Assembly: GCA_950097015.1 (NCBI GenBank)
Contig: CATNEN010000002.1
Span: 3,348,001 to 3,412,000, forward strand
Origin: Macrostomum hystrix
Taxonomy: Eukaryota > Animalia > Platyhelminthes
DNA length: 64,000 nt
Direction: 5' to 3'
Positions 12,374 to 24,300 of the stretch are shown here, piece by piece. The stretch's first letter is position 1; each line of letters begins with the position of its first letter. The notes beneath the pieces were generated by a model. The model worked only from the letters and a program-made list of their open reading frames with translations. It had not been told where the DNA came from and did not search any database. Both the position numbers and the translations under genes were made by a program.

Positions 12374-15300
12374 TCAGAGTCGACTCTTAAGCCGAAGTGC
12401 AGACAAACGTGCTCTCTCCGCGTTCCAGGTGCTCGTAAATTCCGCCTTGCCGAGAGAGTTCTCAGCAGAGCACACGTAGGTGCCATACGCGTTGTCGCGG
12501 CCGATGTTCTCTGCAGGTGAGAAGGTTTCAAGCAATGAAAATTTGTTAGTCAAAATTCAGTGTCTCACTACAGCCAATGCCTTCTGACTAGCTTTCCTTA
12601 GAATATCTGGCTTAGATAAATGAATTCTAGTGTCAATATTGAATTTGTGCTTGCTAGGCGATTCTATTTCTTCGCGGAAATTCCATGGACTGCCCATAGT
12701 ATTTTTAGCACACGGGAAAACCACTTTACGTGATGCCTTCAGCCAATGGGAAAACAGGAATCATTTTCTCTATTCCCATGTCCCAATTTGTAAATGCAAA
12801 TTTGATCATTCGGTGGAAAATAGTCAAATTATATTTTAGAAAATAATTATACAGTTTTTTACTTTTGATAATTTTAACAGTCTCATAAGCTATATTTTGG
12901 CTTCTCTTTAGAGTTTTTTTCACAAATACTTCGGGTGTGTCATAAGTAATGTCACTGAGGGTAAAACAGACCAACTAACAATCGCAGATGAACGAAACTG
13001 TATCAATCAACAACATAGTGTCCCCCAATATCAATCACCCTCTGGCAGTACTCGTACAGCTTCTCAACCTTGTCTTGATTTCTTATGCTACAAATTGAGT
13101 CCTCGCAGTAAGAGCCCGTTCATACGGCAGTGAGCCAATTCAGGCCGAGAGTTAAAATATATTTAAGTTTAACAGAGCGATAAGGAAGGGGGTTGGCGGT
13201 ACGATAACAAGAGTGCGCGACTGAGGGTAGGAGAGGAGGCTAGAACGTGAGCGGCGGACCAATCAGAGAGGAGGAAAGAAAGAAAGGATAGAGAATGAGA
13301 GATCAGCCGCAGAGATAACGAGAGAGAAAGAACTAGATTGAACTGGACGATGTAAACAAGAAAAGTGCAGAGAACGAAAGAGTGAATAGAGGACAGAAGG
13401 CAGAGACGAAAGTCGCGACAACCTCAGCCTGCAGGTGTTTTTCCTCCAGCTGTCGGAACCAGTGCAACGCGGCTTCTTTGACCTCATCATGGTTTGCGAA
13501 ACTTCTCTGGGAAAAGTCTGCCTTCAGCCATTTAAAGAGAAACCTGTCGCACAAGTTGAAGTCTGGGCTGTAGGGACTCTGCCAGAGCAGATTTACTCGC
13601 CGTCCAGCCAGAAAATCCGAAACAGCCTGACAGGTGTGGGGCCGTGCGTTGTCCATCTGTCACAGAACTTCGTTCAGGTGAATCGGGTTTGACCGGAGCG
13701 TGCGCCAGAGTTTCCCAGTGTGTCGGACAAAGTCGATGAAGTACTGGCCATCGACCTTGGTGTTTGGCGGATTTGTACAGATGGAGACTCGTTTGTTTGG
13801 CTTGAATGCCACCAGCAGCATGGTCTTCTTGTCTGAGATGGACCTCCTGGTCACAGTCAGCCTGGAGTCCCCAGCTCCCAGCCAGCAGCGATTGTCTGCC
13901 TTGCTGCTTTTGCCATCCAGGTGGAGCCAGGTCTCATCCTCAACAACCAGGCAGTTCAGGATGTCATCCAAGCCCCGGCTGCTGAACACCTTGCGGATCT
14001 GATTGGCGCAGTTCACACGGGCCTGACGTTGGTCCGCAGTGAGGTCATGGGGCACCCAGACCGAGCAGACGTTTCGGAGATGGAGATCCTCTGTCAAGAT
14101 GCGATGGACTGTCTTGAAATCAATCTCCAAGCAGTCCGCTAGCTCCCTGACAGACTGCCGCGGGTCTTCCTTGACCAGGTCGCTGATGACTTCGATGTTC
14201 TCTATTGTCCTGGTTGAACATGGTCGTCCAGATCTGGCGGCATCTCCCAATTCGAACCCAGGATGAGTAAAGTTCTGAAACCACCTGTAAATTGTCCTGC
14301 GAGTTGGGCAGTTGTCTGGCAGTGTGTTCCGGAGATCCTCCTCTACTTCAAGTGCAGATTTTCCAAGCTTGAAGCGAATGAAAGCGTAGAACTGGATGTG
14401 CGTCTTGTCGTGATTCATGTTGAGTTTTGCTCGTTGCAAAAAGAAGATTTCATCGCGTTGCGCTTGCTAAATCTGATTAACAAATTCTTGCGACAGTTTT
14501 GGCCATAGACATTAAAATTGCTGCTCAGGTGTGGTGGCGACTTCTCAATAAATGTACTTTCAGAATATAATATATTTGGATGATTATTGCTTTGGGTTCC
14601 CGCACAACAACCACAGTGACATTACTTATGACACACCCGTAGTATCTAACCAATAATAATAATTAAAATTATTTTATTAAGGCTATTAAGGCCTTATCCT
14701 CTTAATGCTGCGTCGACCGTTCGGCGCCACACCACCCTCAATTACCCCACGTAATGCTGGTACCATGTAACAAATGTATGAACTGAAACAATTTAGAGAG
14801 CAGTGTATTGCTAAAAAACATAAATTGTTCACTATTAGAGTCGGGAATCGAACTTCCGACCTTTAAGTCGAGAGCTTCACGCTCTAATCACAAAGCTTCA
14901 ACCACACGCGCTGATTGGTTGAACCAATCAATCTAGATAAAACGAGTAACAAGTTCACAAACCTATCTACCAGCTGTGTTACTTCCTTATCGCTCCTTTC
15001 CGATTGAGCAAGCGAGTTCATGTTCTTTCCTTACCTTTTGGTAGTCTGAAATGGAAGGGGTGTTAGAATAGCCTTTAGGATCTGTTTGTGTACTTCAATT
15101 CATTAAACCACAATGCTTCTAAATCTAAACACTCACTTGTAAACTAGCTGCGACCCGTATGTGTTGGAGCTCGAATTGCTGTAGTAGGCCTCCTCAAACT
15201 GCCTGATCCACCTTGGGGTCTCCAGTTGAACATTGTCCGCGTCGCGCCTGGTAATATCCAGATCCGGGTACGGGTAGCCGGTAACGATGCATTTTAATTC

Positions 15301-18300
15301 CAAGTCACCGGTGCCCGTCTTCGAGATGAACATCCTGCCGTTCATCCCCGAATCGTCGCCTTCGCCAGGTCGGGCTAAGGGGTCGAGGTTTAACGTACGT
15401 TAGCCCGACTAACGCACTTAGGGATGTCAACTTAAGACTCCAGAATGGAGACCTATGGTCAATCATCGAACCAAATCAACTGAAATCAGCAGCTGGTCGA
15501 TCCAGTTGACCAGAGTATCCCCAGGGTACCCTGAAATAAAGCGAACCCTAATACTGAGCGAAACCCATTTCCCTGACTCCTGAGCACACAGTACACAGAT
15601 AAAGTACACAGACCCTGATTTCAGGTAAAGTACTATCTTACTGCACCTTTAAGCTGGCCCTAAAGCGTGCCAATTGTACAGCAAAACCCTTAAACCTTCT
15701 CGCTGCGGCTGCGCCCCAAGTTAGTGTGGGCATGCCGCGAGTTCGAGCAGGAATCTTGGTGCTCTGAGAAACTGAGACCGCTCTGCCACTCACCCCCTTC
15801 TAACAAACATTGACCGAGCTACTAAGTTGGAAAATGTTACAGGAACGGAATCTTCGACAACGGCCTTGAAAGCGTATCTCATAATGCAATCTTGAAGCTT
15901 ACTACACTATAACTGAACCTAATCCGAATTAGCTTTCACAGCTTTCAGCAGAATCATGTTGCGCGAAAAGCTCTTACTTTGCACGAAAGCCTTGATGGGC
16001 ACCGACTGAATAAACAGATCTTCATCGCCCGATACGTTGATAAATGACCTGACGCCCACGCACATGAAAATGCCCGAATCGCTCACGGAGCCAGTCTGCA
16101 GCGTCAGGGTCGCCTTGCCGCCCTCCAAACGCTTTTTCATGCCGGAAACCTCGGTGGCAGTGCCGGCTTCCCTCTCATCGTAGAGGCAATTGAAGTTCTT
16201 GCACTTTTGTGAGTGTGTGTGTAATTGGATGCTTGCAAAAATATTCCAAATAGAACGGCTATTAACAGGGCTTTCCAGTTTAACCTACCTTGACCCAGTC
16301 CAGGTAGCGATATGCGTCTGAATTTATATCCACTTCTGCGTCGTAGTTCTGCAGAGTGCAGGTCAGCTCAATCGGTGGTCCATCGCGGCGCAAATCGACG
16401 GTGTCCGGATTTCGAATGATCAACGAAGAGTCCACGATGTCCTTCATTGTGACGACGATGTTGGGCCTCTCGGGAATCGCTGGAGAAAACGATGGTGTGA
16501 GAACATTATCTTAGTGGAAGGCTGGTGGGACTCCTTCTAAGCCGGCCGATCTCTTTCTGTACGGACTCACAGACTGGTTCTCTGACTCACTGCTTTGGTC
16601 TCTTCACTCACAAATATTTAGTAGGCCTGTGCTTAGAGATTCAGGCACTAATCTGGGGGTCGGAAGTTTGCCAAACCTCAGCCAAGAAAAATTAATCTGT
16701 ATTCCCGATTCGCAGCCAACGGAGAGACAATTCAGCACATTTCGCTGACTTCTGAACATGCACAGGTACATGGATACTGTATTCTGGCACAAACTCACAG
16801 GTGATCGTATCTGCCTTGAAGTTTCTTCAGGCAGTGTACACTCTCAATGTACCTTGGGGTTCGCCTCTCAAGGGCATAAATGGCATGACAAGCCCCGAAG
16901 CCTCGGAATCGGGCTCAGGGACATTGGTGAAGGAATGGAACTAAAACAAGTGTCGCCAATGTGTATCTCTAATTCTTACTGAACACAGTGATTTTAAAGT
17001 AGCGCTGCCCGATGCCCTGTGAAGGAATCTCGGAAGCATTCTGAGGCCGGACAAAGCAGACAATCTCCTTGTTGTTGAGCGTGTCAGGGATGTCGCTGAT
17101 TGTCAGAGTGTTGCCCTCCTGCTTGGCGTAGTGAGGAAGTCCGCTCTGGCCGACTAGATAGAACTCGTACTGGTGCGGGAATGGGATCTCAGAGACTCGA
17201 CCGCCCCTTCAGAATGGAAAAAGCAGAACAGCTGATATTGTAGTTGTAAGATGCAGTAATCAAACAAAAATTTCTTTACCACGCTTGGGTTAAATAAAAA
17301 AATTCTATTTTCGATAAGAGACTTGTTTCTGTGAGTTGATCGAATCTGCAGTGTTTGATGGATCCAGGCAATAAATGTTGCCTAGTCTCCACTAACCTCA
17401 CTAACCTCAGTCTCTCAGTTTTTCTCCAAATCATGTCAAGACCACCAACTACTCTACTCCAATTGTTATACGAGTATATGCAAAATAAGCCCTTTTCTAG
17501 ATACAAGTTCTTCCACCGTTTAAGAGTATATGCAAAATACGATACAACTTCATCCGCCGTTCAAAACGCATATTTAAAAGTTAATTCCAATTATGTTATA
17601 ACCAAAATAGCTAAATAGTAAATGATGTTCTCCCAGCCACCCTAACTCCTCCTAGATCATCGTACAACCACGGGCCAATCAGAGCGCGGACTAGCTCTCT
17701 TGCTGTTCGGGCATTCTTACTCATCGTATTTAGCGTCGCATCGGATCAGCGCCACTCCACCGCGGGTCATGTAGAACTTGAGGTAGCGGTCATTGTAGCT
17801 GTACCACTTGTAATACTTCATGCGAATGCGGATTTTCGACTCCACTTTCACAAAGTCGAGCTTTTTTGTGTAGGATGTCACGGCTTTGGTCTCGGGATTC
17901 TGTTGTTTAGCTCGGCACTGCCATTGGTAATCGGCGTACCTATCGTAGCTTGACACCTGACAGTAGACAATGTTCGCCGCTACCTTCATATTGTCGCATT
18001 GCTTTATTACTTCAGGCACGTCCGACGATGTGTATGGGTCATCGTGCACCAGCTCCAGGTCCGTGCCGTACGGATTTCCAGTCATGTGGCAGTATATGAT
18101 CACATTCGGGTCATAGTAGCCGATTCCAGTCGAGCCGAACTGGTCCATCGGAGAGTAGACAGTGTCGGTCACCGCGAGGCTGTCGTTTTGCACTTTGTAC
18201 ATCATGCCGTAAGTGTCTTTCACGATGATCTTCAGCTGCAGTGGATCGTCTGAGGGACATTTTTATGAAGGGTTGAGGTAGACTATCAAAACTAAGTATT

Positions 18301-21300
18301 GCTTATTCAAATGTTAAAAGGCAGGTAAGAGAAAAAGTGAAAAAAGACAGTATATGATATCATACGCACGAAGTAAAAAATCAGTAAATAAACTTACAGT
18401 CCATCGACTTAAAGCGCATGTTGATAGACTTGGTTTTGTGCGCAACGTCGTTTTTCGCATTGCAAGTGAAGGGCAGCTGGTGTGCGTGCTGGTCCATAAT
18501 AAAAGTAATGTTCGCGTAGCTTCGGTTTCCGATCTGACCCTCGTCAGCCAACTGTTAAAATAAATTCGGAATGTGTGAAGCTAGTAAAAAACTACATTGA
18601 ATTTTAGGCTTTCGCAGTGCACCACTGCATGACGGGGACAAATTTGGAACAGTAATACAACCTGGAAGGAGTTTGCCTGTGCAAGCATCCGTGTCTAATT
18701 TTACACAGTATATCTACTACCCGTGAGGGGAGGAGTGGCAGAGCGGTCTATCGCATTTACCTCTCGCACCAAGGTCCCTGAGCTCGATTCCGTGGCGAGG
18801 CCACATTCATTTAGGGTGCAGCCGCAGAGGATGCCCTTGAGGGCCAACCTCCGAGGCAAAGTGAGAGTGTACACTGCCTGACGATGAGAAATTCAGGGCG
18901 ATGTACACAACTGTGTGAGTGTGTGTCTGCGTACAGTATCTGTGTACTTGTGTACTCAGGAGTCAGCGGAATGGGCAGAATTGCCTCCTTGCTTGCTGCA
19001 GGTATAGTGTCACCAAATTGTGTGCCATTGCCTTCAGCCCTCCTGCAATTAATATTATTGTTATTATTATCAATATTATTATTATTATTATTATTATTGT
19101 GGTTGTTTTTATGATTGTGTGCATCCTAAACGCCTTTTTACTGGCGGCGAATCGAACGTCGTCAATCTTGTACAAAATAATTTCAATATTTCAAGATCCA
19201 GAACACTTACAACCACGCCAGGAACTGTAGTAGCATTCTTCCCCCAAACATCCCACCAGATCTTGGCTGGCGGCACAGCGTTTTCATCGTAGCAATAGAA
19301 CCACTGACGCCCGCCATTGATGAAAGTCCCCTCCGCCTTGATGTATTTCGGTACGGGCGGCTTCTCTGAAGGTGGAAATTGAAACGAAGAGTGCCTAGAA
19401 CAAAGACTACATGCAACTTGTTGGTGCAAACTAGTCCAAAGGCTTGACCGTGACCTCTTTAAGGCTTCAAAAATGCCTTGCCCAAGGCCACATATTGTTT
19501 TTCTTTCGGCTGAATTTCGAACTCCAAACCTCATAGTAAGAAGTTCGAAGCTCGAACCATTGAGCTACAGCCACTAGCTCCAAAGTTACCCCTAGCTCCA
19601 GCTCATAAGCTTTCTTTCCAATTTAGGCCTGGTACCTTCGACTGCAGTGATAAAGACGTTGTATTCCATGACCTTGGAGAACTGCGCCTCGCGGCCAGGT
19701 TGAAAAAAGGTGTGGCAACGGCAATAGTACATGCCAGAGCTGTCGTGCTTCGCGCCGGTGATGTTCAAAGTCGGCTGAGTCTCCGAGTACAATGGGATCA
19801 TCTTGGGCCGAGTGCGTCCGAGCAACTGTCGGGCACTTTTCAGCGGCGTGTACACCCAGGAATAGCGATGACATGGCAGCCCGTCGTCATCCAGATTGTT
19901 GCTGCTAGGTAAGCATGATAAGTTGACGCCTTCACCCTCTTTTAGATAGATGTTTCTGGTGCCTGCGAGTTTTGGCAAGACTTCAATGTCCGCTTTCTTA
20001 GAGTTAAAATTCCCCGATACTGGGCCCAGACTGCGAGCAGACGACACCGATCTTGTTGACTCTGGCTGACGCTGGCAGCTGAATGTGCCCCAGTGCTCCA
20101 CGCCCAGCGGGTTCAGTACAAGATCGTCGCCATCGCGAGACACTCCAGGTGGTAGCAAGTCTGCCTCAGTCTCGTCCATCGAGCTGTAGCGCTGCTTGTT
20201 CTGCGCGCCCAGAGGATTCCCCAGCGATACCGCTGACTTTGCGTTGGCCGGCGTGAACTTCCAGTCGATGGGAATGCTGACCTCGTTTGCACTGCGGACG
20301 ATCTTATTGCACTTGAGGCGCACCGCACTGCCCACAGGCTGCTCCACCTTGCTGGTTGGTGACGTCAGTTCCCAGTTAAAGGGCTGCTCTGAATGTGGGA
20401 GACAAAAGAAAAACTAAATCCAATGAAAGCAGGTCTATTGGCGATATAATTAAGACATGTGAAGTGGGTTCTGAGATTTGAAATGGTGGAGTACGAGGAC
20501 ATAATCGCTAAAGAATCACAGGCTAAAATTTTCTGCTCTTTCCAATGACACAACCAGCACAATTTTTAGCGAACAAAGTTTCACCAAGTAGCCATGAAGG
20601 CTATTATTTGTGACTATACTGTATTGACTATATTGTTGATTTTTTTATAACTGAACTAATATTGATTCACCAAAAAAATGGTGAATCTATTTTTTACAGA
20701 GAAATGTTTGTTGTCCTTGTCGCCAGTGTCTTCGACATGAGATTCGTACGAATTTATCTTTAGCTTGAATATTGAGTGCATTCATGCATTCAAATTAAAC
20801 TGTCTAGTTAGCACACTTACGTGGCTTAAGAATGATCGGCATTCTTCGACTAACAGTGACATTGTTGACCATGTCGCTGACGTGGCATGTCCAATAGCCG
20901 GTGTCATTGTCATTCTTCATGTCGTGGACGACTGTGCCCGTAAAATTGGCGCCGTTGGCCTGCTGCTTGATGGCTTCGAAGCGCTCCGAAAGACGCCCAG
21001 TAGGGAACGGGAGCCGTGTCAACGTGGCCCTGAACTGGGCCGGTCGCGACGGCTGCATTGTGGAGTGGACGGTTGTGAGTAATTGTCAAGTTTCTTAAGT
21101 TTATGTCATTTAGAGAAGAGCGACGAACCTCCTTGGCCACAACTGAGCACTTTAGAGTGGTGGTGTCGGGGTCCATGGGATCGCTTCGCAGCACCACCCT
21201 CTTCACCGAGCTGCTTTGCACCGTCAGGTTTGAAAATGCCACTGCGGACCCCGATCGTCTGTTGAAGCCTTCGCATCTGTACCGACCACTGTCTGACGGG

Positions 21301-24300
21301 CTGGCGTCCTTGATCACAAGGCGGGTCGACTTCTCATCGCGCACCTGGTAGATTCGGGACGTATCTGCCAAACGACGTCCATCAGAGTCCTGCCACTCCA
21401 GCAGCCAGGCGGTGCCGTTGTAGCCGGGTTTTTGTCGCCTGACCAGGCAAGTCAGCACCACTGTACGACCGGACGGCACATTCAGGGTCTCTGGCTCCAC
21501 GGTTGGAACCACGTCTGTGAATGCATCGGCCACGGAGTTGACAGTTATGGTACACAATATGCTGATCCCGGGATATTACACACAGTATAAGATCCTTAGA
21601 TATGAACTGCTTTGAATCTGGTTCACTTTATATGGTTCACTTCTAAAACTTTGGATTTACACTGAACTAGTTGATTTTGTGAACCACTTATATTTTTCTT
21701 CTCCGAGAAGTAGCGTAGTCATGCAGAGAAAATTTTTGCAACAAAAATTGACAACTGTTTTTCTGCTATCAGTTTCTAGATCCAGACTAGCTAGATAAAA
21801 CCTGCATGTGATGCTGCAAATTCCCATCATAGCATGGTCTAGCCTTAGTCAGCAGTGGCTCTTATTTGACCAATTTTAATATGAGCCGATCAGCTCGGCT
21901 ATAAACAGCACCCATATAGGCAAAACCAGTGCACTTGATATCGCTATTATATACTTAGCACATTGAACTCGGCCATTCCATTTGAATGGCAATAGTTAGG
22001 TTAAATGTAAATGGAATGGAAACAAAGCTATTCGTTAGCTTACACTCTTCACAATCGGGTCGCTGTCCTCTTGGTCGGCCCACAATCTTGTCTGCATAGC
22101 CTTCCTCGCAGCTGAAATCGTTGAACAAGGAGAGCAAGCAGTACATGTACCATGCATGAATGAATGCTTGTTTCCCATGTAGAACTTTCGCTTTTCGAAT
22201 GTGAAATCTTATCTAACCACGACTCGGCAAGTGCCTATTAGACTCTGCTGAGGTACTGAGTTTTTTACCTGATTTTCCTCCTAGACTCTTAAAAATAACG
22301 AACCATGTAATTTTATTGCTATTTTATCTTCTGTCTGAATTGAACTGGATTTTGGTCTTACGTGTCACAACCCGGAGAGTTCCTGTAGCCTTCTAGGCAG
22401 GGAACACACTTCCACCTGTTCACAGTTGAGTTGTAGTCCACAATCTTGTGGAAATCTCCGGTTGTCTTGCAGTCCTGACGATGAAATTGTTAAGTCTTGA
22501 TGTAAAACATTTGAATTACGGTTTGCTGCCAAACCATTTGGTGATATCAGCTTTAATTTGAGTTTATCTTATTCCACTGTTTAGTTACCTCAGTCCAGCT
22601 TGCAATCAACATGGACTTCGATCGTGACAACTTGTTGCTAAAACAAATTCATGGTACTCCACAATTTCAGCTGCGGAGATAAAAAATTTCAAGAGCCAAC
22701 TTGTTTCTTGTGTCGCAGGTTCACATGTCTTATTGAATGCTAAACAATATCTAGTTGCTATCGGCAGTTTTGCCCAGAGGTCACAGACTTCGTGTTAGAT
22801 ACAGCTCCTAGTGAGAGACAGCAGTCACAGCTGACATGAAATGTTTATCTCAGCGATCGCTTTGTTTTACAATTGAATATTTTTATAGCACACCTGCACA
22901 CCTGTCAGTGTTGCAAAAAGCCTGAAATCGCCTGGCAATCAAAGCTTTCTGTGTGACCTCTTGCAGACAGAAAATTATTTTCGGCTAAAAGTGGCACTGT
23001 TTTAAAGAACCCTTGAAGGGCCGAAACCTAGACCGCAAATTCTGTGCAGCATGGCTGGCCTTTGTTGACACGCATTCGCTGACGATTGATGATTATTGCC
23101 ACACTTTAGTCATCTAATTCTCTAGTCTAAGGTTTAATTTGTAAGCAGAGCGAAGCAGGACTGATAGCTTACAAATCGTCCGATCGTATCTTTTGGTCTA
23201 TTGGCTCGAGTTTTAAGAAGTGACCTTAAGTTGAAAAAATTCTCTGCGCAAATCTGCGCAAATATAAGTAGAAAGTAGAAAGTTTATTGAAAGCTTTCAC
23301 TAAAGTTTTGCAACATACAAAACTCGTGGGAATCATGAAGTCTTTATGCCCTGCGCAAACGATAGTTTATCATGCAGATTCAATCTATAGGTTGTATTGG
23401 CATATTGCCTAACGCTCTTCTAGAGATCCGACGAAGATGTTTGTGTTAATTCTGTTTGCGCAGAAAATCTATTTGCGCAATCTTTCAGGGGCCAGGTTGC
23501 TGCCCGGGCCACCGCCTGCCGCCAGCAGCTGCTGCTAAAACCTGAAAAATGCGCCCCGGCATTTTAGGAGGCCCTGGGAAGTGGGCGGCATTGCTACAAG
23601 CGCTGGTAGTGATGCAGCAGCCCACGATTTCCATGAATGGAGTGGATGAAGGCAAAGATGGAATGATGCCGACTTAATCCCGCGCTGAAGAAAGGCTGCA
23701 GTTGAGGAGGAGCGTGGGTGAAGGGCCATCGTCAGCTGCAAAGGTTGCGGAGCTGAATCAACTGCGCAGGCCTCGCTGACGCACCAGGCAGACAAAATCA
23801 ATCGCTACAGTAAAAAAACGGATTGGGATCTTCAAGATTCCTAAAGAATCCGATTCTGTCGGCATTTTTCGTGTCATTTTCGAATTTGCAAAGTAAGAGA
23901 GAAAATGGGAACCTTTCTGCACTGAACGCGACCTTGGAGGCAGAAATTCAGAGCCATAATTCAGGTGAACGTCTAAAGACACTGTGCTGCATAACGTAAA
24001 CTGCTGTGACCCCTGTTACGGGTTTAGTCTTTTCTATAAAAACATGGAAAAACAGCTTTGACCCTAGATTTTCTTGCTGAACCCTTCCGCCGAAATTCTG
24101 GTCTCTCTTGTCACTTGTCCTGTCCTATGCGAATCATTTGCTAAACCAGCTTTATCAGTTGTAAAACTGCTCTAAAGTGATCCAGGTGCTGGACCCAAGC
24201 CTTGCATTTTCCGAGGTTCAATTGCAAATAGCTGCTTCTCTGACAAAATTTCAGACAAAATTTTCGAACTTGCATTGAACAAGGTACTGAATCCTGTACT

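Larger units (their letters stand above)
12929..14642 (-). mobile_element. Mariner (DD34D) transposon, both TIRs present, interrupted by a solo LTR
   Basis: 26-bp perfect inverted core CGGGTGTGTCATAAGTAATGTCACTG at 12932-12957 and 14614-14639, with TA at 12927-12928 and 14643-14644. Transposase motifs WVPHDLT, DETW, DNARPH and YSPDFNLCD (34 residues between the 2nd and 3rd Asp). Confidence 0.95.

Noticed and set aside
12990-13090. Possible host exon (IRNQDKVEKLYEYCQR) in the last intron
   Set aside because: It is the LTR end plus the displaced C-terminus of the mariner transposase.
15465-15530. Good acceptor tttatttcAG at 15531 that could open an extra exon (RYPGDTLVNWIDQ...)
   Set aside because: All frames hit a stop with no phase-compatible donor, and the gene model is already in phase without it. 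An alternative terminal exon cannot be excluded.
23230-23480. Short inverted GCGCAAA/TTTGCGC motifs in intron 13, and similar motifs at ~26780-27030
   Set aside because: Could be MITE remnants, but no termini or TSD could be defined.
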